Source of the DNA: Squalus acanthias
Taxonomy: Eukaryota
Reading direction: 5' to 3'
DNA length: 64,000 nucleotides
NCBI GenBank assembly: GCA_030390025.1
Contig: CM059432.1
Location: 109,618,001 to 109,682,000, forward strand
Positions 36,598 to 48,855 of the stretch are shown here, piece by piece (within the stretch, counting starts at the first letter, position 1; each line of letters opens with the position of its first letter). The notes under the pieces are model-generated. The model was given only the letters and a program-made list of their open reading frames with translations, was not told where the DNA came from and made no database searches. The translations under genes were made by a program, and so were the position numbers.

Positions 36598-36866
36598 TTT
36601 AGGGTTAGGGTTCGTGGTTAGGGTTATGGTTGGGATTAAGGCTACGGTTAGAATTTGTGTTAGGGTTAGTGGTTAGGGCTTAGGGTTAGAGTTTAGGGTT
36701 GGTTAGGGTTAGAGATTAGGGTTAGTGCTTAAGAGTTTGGGTTTGGGATAGAGTTTAGGGTTAGGCTTCGTGGTTAGGCTTACTGTTAGGATTAAGGTTT
36801 AGGGTTAGTGTTTAGGGTTACGGCTATACTTGGGTGTTAAGGGTGAGGCTAGGAGTTAGGGTTAGA
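36598..36866 (+). repeat. degenerate interstitial telomeric repeat (TTAGGG)n
   Basis: many TTAGGG units and 1-2-mismatch variants over ~270 bp. Confidence 0.85.
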
Positions 36867-37025
36867 AATCATTTTAATTTATTATCATTGACAATGCATT
36901 GTCACTAGACACGTCCATGAACAAATAGGGTTTTCTGTCCATTTACCAAGTTGAAGTACCGACTGTTTACCTCAGTCTCAATGCAAGGGTAGACATTCTT
37001 GAAAGTTTGGAAAGTTAGGACTCAC

Positions 37026-37300
37026 CCATGAGGTTGATCTGAGACATGAAGGAGAAAATGACCTCGGATAAGCTTAGAAAAGGTCAAAAAACTTAACACT
37101 GGATTTTCACCATGATAAAATAATGCACCTGTAATAATCAGCGCCAAGTGATCTTCATAGATTTTGGTGAATTTGAATAACTCATCTCCTCGGAGAAGAA
37201 CAAATTTGCTGTGTGTACCTTTCACCTGTGACTTTTGCTCTTTTACGTCAAACGTTGCTGCCCCTGGGTTGCTATGGTTTCCATCGTGAAGTCATGTGAC
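37026..37300 (-). promoter_or_regulatory. candidate promoter (RFX X-box, E-box and CRE-like sites) with a downstream exon-like segment
   Basis: GTTGCTATGGTTTC at 37268-37281, GTCATGTGAC at 37291-37300, TTACGTCA at ~37243; minus-strand donor GTGAGT at 37020-37025 closing a stop-free 200-nt segment. Confidence 0.35.
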
Positions 37301-39649
37301 ATAGCCTCCTCAGTTGTGATGCAGAGGTGTGATTATGGGGGCTGGCATGGGAGTCCATGGCAGGTCTGCAAGTCGTTTAAGGGTGGGTGGGGAGTAGATT
37401 TAGACCTTAAAATACAGAATAAATTGGTCAAGCAAAGATTAGGACCACCTGGAGCCCCCACCGCATGCCATATTAGTGTGCAGCTGCTTGTTGCTAATGT
37501 GTCCACAGCAATATTGCAGGCCTTTTACGCACGTCTTAAAATATGTAGAAAATGAGATTGTAGGGCGTACATTTCTACTGAAATCAAAACTAAGAGATTT
37601 TTATGCGAGTCAAAAATTAAATTTAAATTTATTGTTTAAAGAAAGATCATTTCAATGTAGAAGAATCATTCAAAGTTCCTGCCAATGTGGGGGAGCAATA
37701 GGGGTCCTACAGTGTTAGTCTACAGAATGAATAAGATTAAGAATAAAAAGCAAAAGATGAAGCTAGCCACAAGTTGTGGGAGGCCTCATGATCTCCCCCT
37801 CCCTCACTCACTTTGTTGTCTCCATGCCCAGAATCCCCTGGACCCTTTCATCATAAGGGCTTAAGGGTCACAGCTTAAGTCGGGGCAGGATCAGCTCTTG
37901 CAATGGGCTAGGGCGAGCAATAAGCTCACATGTCATGGCCTGGAGAAAGTTTGACTCCCGGGCCACATTTAAATATTCAGACTGGGGCTCCCACCTGAAA
38001 CTGGCAGGAATCACTGCCTGGCCAGTGGGCAGAAGCAAGAAATTGTAGGAACGGTCCCCAGCAGTCATGTAAGTAGTGAGAGGGGGACTCCAACACGATG
38101 GTGATCAGGGGAGGGGAAAGCCAAGGGTGAGGGAGGCCCAAGGTTTCCTTATGGACTTGGAGGAACACTCCTGCCCTCCTGGCCTGCAAGAAAACTAAGA
38201 AAACAATTTATAAACTTACCTTACTGGGCATCTTCCGGCCTGGCTTCTGCCAGGTGGGGAGGGAATTAAAATTGAGGCTAATTTGATGACAGCAATGGAG
38301 AGTGTGCTGGTGAAACATGAATATGCCTGTACATTTGGAAAGTCAATGAATAGCTGCTACAGGTCTGGGTATTATTGTTCTGTGAAGTTGCAGCAAGCTG
38401 ACATTGCCTTACAACATTGTGCAAAACCTGGAATAGCCCAACAAATTTCTGCCTCAGCTGCGGCTAGATTCAGGCCACAGGTGAGACAGCATTAACTCCC
38501 TGTCATCTCCATCCAGACCGCTCTGGCAGTACACGTGTCTGGAGAGTGCCCTTCCACTCCTAAAAGATCCACCTTTCTCCACAAAACCTCTGGAGAAGCA
38601 TTTCCATAGCGTCCTAATTTGGAGTGACTCTTGACAGCACAGTGTCGAAGTTTCGACTTCCGAGTAAGACTCTTGAAACATAAAGTATCATCAAAGGCAG
38701 ACTTTATTATTTTATTTGCTTGCAAGGAGAATGCACCGTAGTCAATAGCTACGATGACACACTGAAAAAATCACAGAAAATGGAACATCCTTATACACTG
38801 AAAATACAAGCTTTCCATATCACATGACATGTTGTTTAAGGTAAGCTAAGTTAAAAGTTAAAGACAAATAGAAATGCCTTACGATGAGACTAACTAATCT
38901 CTACAGTCATGGAGTCTGTCTATCTGTTCTTCTTCTCCCACCAAGGCCAAGGCATCTGGCTGTTTACTTCACTAGTCCTTGGTTATCTCAAGTTGATTAG
39001 AAGAAGCCTTTTTTGTTCTGTACTATGAAAACAACATAGTCTGCAAAGTTTAAATTCATCTCCATGAAAAGTCATAAACAACTTTATCTTTTCCCAAACA
39101 AGTCAGAGTCGGCCATTTTGTATCACTCTTTGGGCTAAAAATTCAGTTGGTTGCGCCTCCCGTTAGCGCCTTAAGAGGGCACTAATGGGGCGCAAAGCAG
39201 CTAGCACCCGGGCGCAGCGATGTTTGCACCGCTCGGGAACTCCACTAGACATTTTGCGGCGGCGCTAAACTTTATCGCCGCGGTCCCCTGCGCCCGCGGA
39301 TTGTGACGTCATACGAGAGTGCAACGCCCTTGTGGCACCCCGGAGCAGAAATTCAGTGGCACCCCCATCCTTACCGCCTGGCGCACCCAACGACCGGTAG
39401 AGTGGAATGCTAAGAATCGCTGTGGGGCTCGGGGGGGGGGGGGGCGCTATTTAAAGGGGGCCTCTTTCTGTCTTTCTCTGTGGTTGACATTTTTGCACCA
39501 CTCGTTCTGAGAGAGAGAGAGAGATTCGGAGAGAGAGAGAGAGAGACTTGTGCATTGAGTCAACGCTGTGTGAGGTAGTTTTGGCTACTGATCATAACTT
39601 CGCTGGTACTTTGGTTTCTGGCCTTCATAACTTTGCTTGCAAAGAGACT

Positions 39650-40661
39650 ATGGGGGCTGCACTGATGGGGGGCGTCGTCCTGCGCCAGCTGAATCGGAGG
39701 AGATGGAGACGCAGAGAAAGAGTGGCAATGATGGCCAGACGGAGGAGGGCCAACAGGCGTCTGTACAGGAGAGCTTACCCTCCCAGGGTATATCGTGAAC
39801 AGCTCTCCTACATTCATATGTCTGATGAGCAGTGTCTGCGAAGGCTGCGCTTCAGCAAGGAGGTGGTCACTGAGCTCTGCCACATGCTGCAGTCAGGTCC
39901 AGGACGTCTCTGTCGGTGGCAGTGAAGGTCACAGTGGCTCTGAACTTTTATGCTACTGGCTCATTTCAATCTGCTGTTGGGGACATCGCCAATCTCTCCC
40001 AGTTGGCGGTGCATTGCTGCATCAGGAAGGTCACAAATGCCCTCTTTAAAAGGAGACGAGAGTTCATCTCTTTCCCCATGACCCCAGACAAGCAGCAAGA
40101 ATGCGCTCTGGGCTTTGCCAGGATAGCGGGCTTCCCCATGGTGCAGGGCGCCATTGACTGCACGCATGTGGCTTTGCGTGCTCCGCATGAGAATGCCGAG
40201 GATTTCCGGAACAGAAAGGGGTTCCATTCCTTGAATGTTCAGTTGGTCTGTGACCACAGACAGCTGATACTCGCTGTCAATGCCCACTATCCTGGCAGCT
40301 GCCACGATGCTTTCATCCTGCGCCAGACTACTGTGGCAGAACTTTTCGATGCACCGCATCAGCCAGTTGGTTGGCTTCTCGGGGACAAGGGGTATCCACT
40401 GAGCACCTGGCTGATGACACCGCTCCGTACGCCTAACACCCCTGCTGAGCTGCGGTACAACGAGAGCCATCAAGCTACCAGGAACATCGTGGAGCACACA
40501 ATCGGCGTGCTGAAGCAACGGTTCCGCTGTCTCGACCATTCTGGAGGAGCCCTGCAGTACTCGCCTGAGCGAGTTTCCAACCTCGTAGTTGTGTGCTGCA
40601 TGCTGCATAACATGGCAATCCTCAGGACCCAGCCAATGCCACCAGGCCTTGGAGCACCACC

Positions 40662-40692
<31 letters not shown>

Positions 40693-40791
40693 GAGGAGGT
40701 TGATCAGCAGCAGCACCAAGGCATGAGGGCGGCCCACAATGGTGAAACTGCAAGGGCCGTCCGTCAGCGGCTGATAGCAAGCCGCTTCTAG
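39650..40791 (+). pseudogene. Harbinger DDE transposase with one small frameshifting deletion at ~39893
   Basis: [38 protein letters not shown] intact in a 291-aa ORF; N-terminus in another frame; ~19 nt missing relative to the other family B copy. Confidence 0.93.
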
Positions 40792-41102
40792 GCCCCTGCT
40801 GTGGAAATGGCTTCTGCCATTGAGAACAGCATGAATTAACCCAACACGCAACCCCTAAGCCGGCCAAGGCACCAATGATTCCAAACACCAAACATGTATA
40901 TTTTGAGTACCAAAACTTATTTATTTTACAAACTCTGTGTGTGTCATTTACTCATGACACACTCATACAAATAAACACAAAAAAACAGCCATTACCATAA
41001 CTGGTTCTCACAACCTGGAGATCATGTGCAAAACACTCAACAAAAGTTTGACCTCGAACCTCGGCCTTTAATAAAAAAATAACCAGCATTTTCTCACACC
41101 TC

Positions 41103-42946
41103 CTACATCGAGGGTGACCTCCTTCCCGTGCGCCCTTCCCCCCTTCTTACCCTACTGCTCCTCCGCAATGGGACCTCAGTGGCTGCAGCAAGGCTGGTGG
41201 AAGGCTGCTGACTGTCAGGCCCTGACAATGCAGATGCCCTTGAGGGACAGCCTCGACCAGTTCTGGGCCTGGAGGGCCCGGCTGCAGACTGCACCAACTC
41301 TGCATGGGCGGCAGCAGTCTGTCCTACAGGCGGTGGCAACTGCAGTGGAGAAGTGACAGTGGTGGCAGCAGGAATGCTGTCATCTTGAGCGAGGACAGCA
41401 ACTCCCTGCTCGACCGGCACACTGGCACTCCCACGGGGCAGCACCTCAGCATCCGGAGCAATCTGCTGGAGCACAGATTGCTGGCCTGCTGCGGCGCGGT
41501 GAGAGCCCCAGGGAAATGTGTCCGAACCAGTGAGGATGGCAGCAGACAGTGCTCGCGTGGCCTCAATCTGAGTCTGCATGAGAGCAGTCTGAGATTGAAT
41601 TGCAGCACTGAGCTTCAGTGTCGCATCCGCCTGCGCTGCAGCGAAGTGCTCCACACTCCTTGCCAGTGCTTCAATGCATTCGGGCACCCTACCCACTGCA
41701 GCCATGAGCTCAGTGTGCATGGCCACCGCCTGGGTGTTCATTTCCGCGATCAGCCGCTCCTCCTCTGCGTCCAGTGCAGCAGGACTCGCTGGCCTACTCT
41801 CCCTCCGGGGAGAAGGCCCCCGTGCTTCCCTACCCCCATGGCGTTGCTGCAGCCTGCTGGGTCCTGGAGCTTCACCATCATCAGACCCTTCCCCCCTGCT
41901 CCCCTCCAGAGAAGGCGTGTCCTCAGTGTCGGCATGGGCTTCCTCGGGAGAGGGTGGCTCTGATGGTCCGGCTTCCTCTTCCTCCTCGGCTGCAGCCTCA
42001 CTCCCACTGGCAGCTTCAGGGCCCGTCTCCTCAGCTGGTGAATCACCATCTGAAAGCAGGGAGGTACAAGAGTGGCTTTAGTGTGAGGACAGGGTGGCAG
42101 TAAGGGAGGAATAAGTGCAGCGAGTTAGTAAGTTGGATTGAAAGTGTCAAAGGCTGGTGTTGTGAGGGACAAGTCGAAGGACAGAGGACAAAAAGGTGAT
42201 GACCTTACCATTGCTGTCCAGAACGGGGTCGGCGTCTCCAGTGGCGACGGGACCGATCACCCGGCTTGCCACAATCCTGTGGACGCGCTCCTCAAGATCG
42301 CTGAGGGGTTGCAGCTGAGGCAGCCCTCCACCCGTCCGTTGCTGCTGTCTCCTATTATGCGCCAGCTTGGCCTGCAAGAAAAAGGACGGCGTCTGAGTAA
42401 ATATACAGCCATGGTCTTGCCTGATGTGCCTCCCATAGATGAATAGCCCTTACTGTATACAGCCATGGTCTTGCCTGATGTGCCTCCAATAGGTGAATAG
42501 CCCTTACTGTATACAGCCATGGTCTTGCCTGATGTGCCTCCCATAGGTGAATAGCCCTTACTGTATGCAAAGTGTGGAATGTGTGTGTGTGCTTTATGAA
42601 AGGGCCATAGGTGTTGGATGAGTGCTGTTAATTGTGATTTTAAGACCCTCTGGCCATAGAGTGAGGCTGAGATGGAGGAATGGAGAGGTATTGCAAAAAA
42701 GCCACTCACCCTGACGTTCCGAGTGAGGTCGTTGAACTTTTTTCAGCATTGGACATGGGTCCTGGGCACCATGCTCCTGGAGGAGACGTGCTGAGCCACC
42801 TCCCTCCACACCCTTCTGTAGTCGCGCGGCAAAGGCCTCCTGCCACTCTCAGGGTACAGTGTTGATCCTCGGCGCTCCACCGCGCCAACCAGAGCATCCA
42901 AGGCCCGCTCGCTGAAGCGCTAAACTCGTTCTCTCGCCCTCTCCAT
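41103..42946 (-). pseudogene. Harbinger family B Myb/SANT-like gene (3 exons; TAG at codon 9)
   Basis: MERARERV*RFS.. exon 1 to 42710; exon 2 AKLAHNRRQQQRTGGG; exon 3 to 41103. Confidence 0.85.
42402..42563. repeat. 54-bp tandem triplication in Myb intron 1
   Basis: TATACAGCCATGGTCTTGCC... x3; single copy in the other family B element (~23940-23995). Confidence 0.95.
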
Positions 42947-43650
42947 CCTTGGCTGGAAAATTGAAGCTCAGGTCTCTCCAGGTCGAGATTCAAGGCTGCA
43001 ATGAGCAGGGTGTGGCTGGGGAGCAAGATCGCCCCCCCCCCCCTTTAAGAACTGGCCAGTGTGTCTGTGTTCCCTCACTAACTGGCAGCACCTGCGCTGC
43101 GCTCGCGCTCTGAGTTAGCTCCTCACTCCTCGGCCTTTGCGCCTTAAGACAGGTGTGCAGCGCCTGATTTAGCACTCCAGTCACCTCCCGGGGCGTTAAA
43201 AGTGAAGTTTCCAGTCAGTGGCGATAATTAGCGCCTGGCGCTAATTTTTGCGCCCGGCCGATAATTGCGCCCCAAATGGGGCGATACTGAATTTTTCCCC
43301 CTTTGTGTCTAGGAAGCCATTTTGTGTCCGAGACAAAAATACACTTCCACATTACCCCCTTTTTGTCCTTCTCAGACAAAATAGCTCAATTTAACCCTTT
43401 CGGTTTTTTCCTGTCGGTTCCTGTACCAAATTTGGATTTTGGCCAGGGATGCCAACTTCTTTTCTGTTTTAACCATCCTCGGGATTATACCTGTATTGAT
43501 GGCTGACCTTATTTAAGATCGTCTCTCCTTTCTGTCTATCCTTAGGGTTGGGCATGTAATTCTTTCAATTCTAATTTGTCCAGTTTAATTTTGGCCACTG
43601 TAACTGGCATCATCTTGGTCATCTAATCGTTAAAAATTTATCTTACTCAA

Positions 43651-44733
43651 TCACCTTAGCTCTTCCCCTAGGGGACTGTTCTTCTCTTCTTCTTCATTTA
43701 CTTCCCTCTGTACCATCATACTTCCTCCAGGTATAACTGCCTTACCTAGCCTATTACAACAGCATTTAATCATTGTGACAAACAGAATTACTGCTACCAC
43801 TACTACTAGTCCATGCAATAATATTTGTCCCATTGATTCCAGCCATCCTCCCAGTGTCCAGTCAAACCATCCTTGGCTCCTTGGATTCTTATACTGATTC
43901 ACTGCATCTCTTATGTGTTTAACTATGTTAGTTATATTTTCTGAACTGTCTGGGATATAGGTACAACATTCACTCCCTATCAAAGCACAAGTTCCTCCTT
44001 TATTTGCCAACAGATAATCTAATGCCATTCGATTCTGCAATGTCATTACTCTTATCGCTACCATTTCAGCACTCATTTCGGACAATCCTTCCTCAGTTTC
44101 ATTTGCCACTTTTTCTATCAGATCTGCCAGCTCGTTTACTTCTCCCATTAACTTCCCTATTCCATATGGGGCTATTAATACTCCAAAGACTCTTTCATAA
44201 GTTGCTATCTCTCTTTTACTTCTTTGGAATTCATAATGTTCTCCTATCTCGTCTAAAATGTGGATATAAGGTACTACATAACCCAAATAGCAGGACCCTG
44301 TCCAGTTATGTGGCAACCATGGATAAGCCTTGTTCCCGCATATAAAATAGGTGCAATTATAGGCCGTCAAGTTACCCTCTCCTCCCATCCATATTCGGAT
44401 AGGGTCGCCTGTCCAGTGGGACCTCCTGGTTTTATTATTTACTTTAGTCCAGTCAAACTGAAAAAATCCCTGCTCAAGCAGGCCAGGAATTGGTGGTTGC
44501 CACATGACTGTTTGATTACAGGAACTCTCTCCGACTTTCTTTTCAGCCTGCATCCTGCTTACTGCAGCCTGCTTTTTAAAACATAATGCTCCTTGTGGTC
44601 TACCGACTCCTGAGGTATTAGTTAATACAAGAAACGGGGGTGTTTGAGTATGATTATAATTGGGCTGAGCATGCGTATCAGTCCGATTAATATGCAAAAT
44701 ATAAGTAACAGCTTCATTGTGTAAGTCCTTCAA
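43651..44733 (-). CDS. env: gamma-type retroviral Env (SU C-terminal half plus complete TM subunit; 5' end disrupted)
   Basis: YFICGNKAYPWLPHNWTGSCYLG, furin RSKR, ISD LQNRMALDYLLA, CX6CC (CALIGSECC), TM anchor; 360 codons open but no ATG or signal peptide in frame. Confidence 0.9.
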   Translation of the reverse strand: MKDLHNEAVTYILHINRTDTHAQPNYNHTQTPPFLVLTNTSGVGRPQGALCFKKQAAVSRMQAEKKVGESSCNQTVMWQPPIPGLLEQGFFQFDWTKVNNKTRRSHWTGDPIRIWMGGEGNLTAYNCTYFICGNKAYPWLPHNWTGSCYLGYVVPYIHILDEIGEHYEFQRSKREIATYERVFGVLIAPYGIGKLMGEVNELADLIEKVANETEEGLSEMSAEMVAIRVMTLQNRMALDYLLANKGGTCALIGSECCTYIPDSSENITNIVKHIRDAVNQYKNPRSQGWFDWTLGGWLESMGQILLHGLVVVVAVILFVTMIKCCCNRLGKAVIPGGSMMVQREVNEEEEKNSPLGEELR

Positions 44734-45254
44734 AGTTTAATTTTTCGACTCCATTTTTTGTCTATTATCCCCCACCCTGTGTTGTTTTGAATTTTATGAT
44801 TCCCTTATCACTTCTATTTATCTTTTGATGCTTGATATTCAACCTTGCTGGCATTTCTGCTATCTGTTCCTTGCTGCATGTTGTCAGTTTCTGTTCTAAG
44901 AATTAAAACCCATCTTTGAATCTAACAGCTATTTCTTACAATTCCCTTCTTTGAGAAGGAAATAATCCTTATTGACTTCTCACAATCGGCTCTTGACTAA
45001 TCTGGCTAGTTCTTATTGCTCTCTCAACTTGGGCATTAGTTAGTAGGGAGTCTTGAAGATTTCTCCCTTCCAATAGTCCATTCCTTTGAGGAGAAGGAGC
45101 AACCTCTGACCCCTTACTCAAAATCAATTCATTGTTCCGATGTTCCAATTCTGCCCCGCCTGGGGTATCCTTTGTTTCTTCTATCTTCCTGATGTTACCC
45201 TGCCTGGGGTCTCCTCTACATTGCTTTGGATCTTCTCTTTCGGTTGCTCAATTT

Positions 45255-45740
45255 GTTAGTGCTGGTTAGTCATGGGCATGAGTACCCAATTGGCTTGTGT
45301 ATCTTACTACATAGGCTACATATATCAAATACACTATCATTACAAGTTAGATAACTACCAGAGCGTGTGAAATAATACAAATCTAAGGGTGTGCTGATAT
45401 ATTAAGCCCAATATCCCACCAGTGTGAGTTGTCCCCTATGCTGTCAATTTCAATATCTATTCTCGAGTTATCTTCCTTCAAAACATAAAAATGCTTTAGG
45501 GAGGAGTTCAGTCGCATCATGAGCTCACTGATAACCTTAGACAACAGGGGAATGTCGTATCCGAATTGTGCCACATAATTGTGCAGCTCATACTTAAGTA
45601 CCTCATTTACTGTCAGTTTCACTTGAGCATAGGTTTCGATATTATGTAAAACGTGTTGGTTGATGGGACAGGTCTTGTTAGACCCGTAAAGCATGGTAGT
45701 TGCGGTAGTAGTGACACAGGAGGCACCACCAAAACGACCT
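45255..45740 (-). pseudogene. env: C-terminal remnant of an F-type (lokiretrovirus-like) env
   Basis: CVTTT..TCPI..NYVAQFGYDIPLL..KHFYVL..WWDIGLNI..ICIISHALVVI aligns with CVTTS..WCPV..QYVTRFGYEIQPL..KHFYTL..WWDIGLDV..IRICSHTLVII at ~21400-21840. Confidence 0.85.
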
Positions 45741-47429
45741 CATACTGGACTCGCACTGGTTTTTCCCACGCTCTGTTACCTACAAAACACAATTATTACA
45801 AGTCAAAGTTAAATTCAGTCTTACAATCATTTCAAGCAACATTACAGTTTAACATCTAATCAACAAATCATGGACTTAAAAGATTCTCCAGATCGCTTTT
45901 ACTCATATCCATCTTGTGGATAATTCTTACTAAACATGATTTCTCCTTAGCCCTCAATTGTCCCAATCCAGATTCCAGGTAACTCTCCACTTCAACTTCA
46001 ATTTCCAATCCCTCTAACAGGTACCAGTGTGTTTAACTCTATTCTGTTTCATTAATTAGATAGTTTCTCGATGGAGTATGTGTCAATGCTTTAAAAGTTG
46101 TCTTGCTCTCCTGAGCCACATTAACTATTTCATGTCTTGCTGTTGTCAAGTAACTGAGCATGTCTGAGACCCGTTCTTCAGTGCAGATTCACCATACATT
46201 TCCAGATGGTAATTGCTTCATACGTAACAAATCACATTTGCACACTCATATCGGTATCTCAATATCATGCCACATGTGCCTTTCTCGGGCTTTCAGGTAT
46301 CTTATCAAAAGATTGTCTTTGTTCATCTTCCTCTGCATGGTCCCGATGTCTTGGGTAGTGGCTAGCTATATTATTCAGTTTTCTTAAAAGTTCATTATAG
46401 GCAGGGACACAAATGTCTCCAAGAGAAAGCTATCAATTTATTATTCTTAGCTACACTTTCCTGACTTTCACTAGAAAGTTTTTAAAATTCCCATTCAGCA
46501 GTGTAATTCTCCTGTTTCAATCTTACACCTTCAATCACTCCCCTTTAATTACTATTCATATCTCATTCATGAGCCCTGGAGAAACTTTACTGTCCAGTAC
46601 AATATTTAAGATTGAAAACATAGATCAAACATTCTCACTAGGTCCAAGTTATTAACACTTTTTTTTAATTTATCATTATTTTAGAGGATCTTTTATTTTC
46701 CCAAAAGTAACCCAATATATATATAGTGCCTGAGTCCATTTTGTCATTTCAAAACTATCTAGGACACGAAATCCAATATGTCGATGACATAATGATTGCA
46801 TCAGAGGATGCCAAAGGAAAGCTGGCTTTAAATTGAACCCAAGAACAAGGTACAGGTTGTTGCTGGACGTGTCCATTCTAGGTACTGTTCTTCAATCTGA
46901 ATATAAATTTCAGTTTTAATCACTTCAGTTTTGTGTTTATTTTTTGATTACCAATTTTATACCTTAGTTTGTTCAATCTGAAACTAAAATGCCTCTCTCT
47001 TTATTCTCTGGTTATTTTCTCCTTAATACTCAGTTGCTTTGCACAGAATTTTCACTCGGTGCCCAAGTGATCACTGATTTTGGTGCATTTGAAGAACTCC
47101 TTGAGGGTGATTTTCCCCGGATACTTGCTAAAGAACATCTGAGGTGGCCAAGGTTGGGTCTTAACCTGCAATGCTGGTTTAGCTCAGTAAAGGAGTTGAA
47201 GTGGGCACTCGGAATGGCCGCCCGGAGGATCATTAAGTGGCTGATTGACAATTAAATTGCCTGCTAGCGTTCATTAAAGAGGCTGCACGCCATTTTGGTG
47301 GTTAACACTTCATTTAACAATTTCTCCTAACAGCGACCAACTGAACAGGAGTAAATAAGTCGTTGTTGAGGATTTCAAGCGCTATTTAAAGTCTTGCTCA
47401 ACTTTCACTGTTCACTAATACAAAAACAA

Positions 47430-48093
47430 TATACAGCGGATGATGGAAATCTGAAATAAAAACACAAAATGCTGGAAATACTCATCAGGTCAGGCAGCAT
47501 CTGAGTTAACGTTTCAGGTCGATGCCCTTTCGTCAGAACTGGAAAATGTTAAGAGATGTATCAGGTTTTAAGCAGAGACTGGGAAAGGGGGGAGGGGAGT
47601 AAAGAATAAAAGGGAAGGTCTGTGATAAGGTGGAAGGCAGGAGAGATTAAATGACAAAAGGGTGATGGTGCAAGGCAAAAGGGAGTGGTAATGGGACAAG
47701 TAAAGAAACAAAAGGGTGATGGTTACCTGCCGTAACCTACAAGGATACGGACCAAGAGCTGGAAAGTGGGATCAGGCTCGATTGCTCTTTTTCAGCCGGC
47801 ACAGACACGATGGGCCAAATGGCCTCCTTCTGTGCTGTAAATTTCTATGATTCTATAATGAGATGGGTCTAGAAGAGGTCTAAAAGAGAATGGCAGAATC
47901 AGCACCTGCTGTCCAAAAAAATGGGGGCAGAGGTTATGATCTGATATTGTTGAACTCAGTGTTGAGTCTGGAAGGCTGTAAAGTGCCTAATCGTGCTGTT
48001 CCTTGAACTTACGTTGAGCTTCATTGGAACAGTGAAGGAGGCCGAGCACAGAGAGGTCAGAGTAGGAGTGAAGCGGAGAATTAAAGTGACAGG
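47430..48093 (-). mobile_element. Penelope-like 3' remnant with hammerhead, itself containing a short CR1 3' end (~47725-47855, +)
   Basis: homologous to 35878-36320; minus-strand CTGACGAAAGGGCATCGACCTGAAACGTT at 47508-47536. Confidence 0.8.
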
Positions 48094-48094
48094 C

Positions 48095-48855
48095 TATTGC
48101 CAGAGAAGACCAGTGGCAGAGACCACTGGATTCGACAGGATTGCAGTATTCCCCATGATCCAGTGAGCCATTGACTGCACACATGTGACCATGCAAGCCC
48201 CTCATTTAAACTCGGAGGTGTTCAGGAAAGGAAGGAATTCCATTCCCTCAATGTGCAGCTTGTCTGCGACCACCGGCATCACATTATGCCAGTCAATGCC
48301 TGCTATCCAGGGAGCTGCCACGATTAATTTATAAGGAGACAATCATCCGTCCCACAGATCTTTAGTCCAGTGCAATGTGCATGACTGACTACTAGGTGAC
48401 AAGGGATACCCTCTGATGACATGGCTCATGACTCCCTGAGAAACCTGCAGACATCAGCTGAGCACTCATACAACGAGAGCCACTCAGCCACCAGGAATAT
48501 CATTGAACAGACCTTTGGGGTCCTCAAGCAGAAGTTTAGATGCTTTGACATGTCAACAGGTGCCCTGCAGTGCTCCGTCAAGAAGGTGTCCAGATTCGTG
48601 GTGAATTGCTGCATGCTCCACAATCTGGCAATCATGAGAGGCCAGCCGTTAGCACCAGCCAGAGTGTCAAATGCAGGAGCCACAGGAGGAGGAGGAAGAG
48701 GAGAAGGAAGAGGAGAAGGAGGAAGAGGAGTAGGAAGAAGCAGAGGAAGAGGAACAGACGGAGGAGGAGGAGGGGATCAGGGGAAACACCAGAGGCTTCT
48801 AGGTAGACGGCCCACACTTGGGAGGGATGCTTGCTGCCATCTAATTGAAGAGTGA
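48095..48855 (+). pseudogene. Harbinger DDE transposase remnant
   Basis: [44 protein letters not shown] with stops and frameshifts. Confidence 0.88.

Larger units (their letters stand above)
39132..43301. mobile_element. PIF/Harbinger transposon family B, full length (4170 bp)
   Basis: TIRs GGGCTAAAAATTCAGT / ACTGAATTTTTCCCCC; TSD TTT; inverted homologue of 8457-27262. Confidence 0.95.
38674..43351 (-). mobile_element. 3' LTR of the minus-strand ERV, split by the Harbinger at 39132-43301
   Basis: PPT AAAAAGGGGG (43355-43364) followed by TGTGGAAG; TATAA at ~38793 and AATAAA at 38703-38716 on the minus strand; far boundary approximate. Confidence 0.6.

Noticed and set aside
39961..40851. Long antisense ORFs over Harbinger, Penelope and CR1 genes
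   Set aside because: Shadow frames of GC-rich coding sequence with no motifs of their own
43651..44733. Domesticated syncytin-like env
   Set aside because: No in-frame ATG or signal peptide; upstream SU sequence has stops; still in a proviral context
45850..46400. Accessory coiled-coil ORF upstream of the F-type env remnant
   Set aside because: Only short broken frames are visible, so no product can be supported without a consensus sequence
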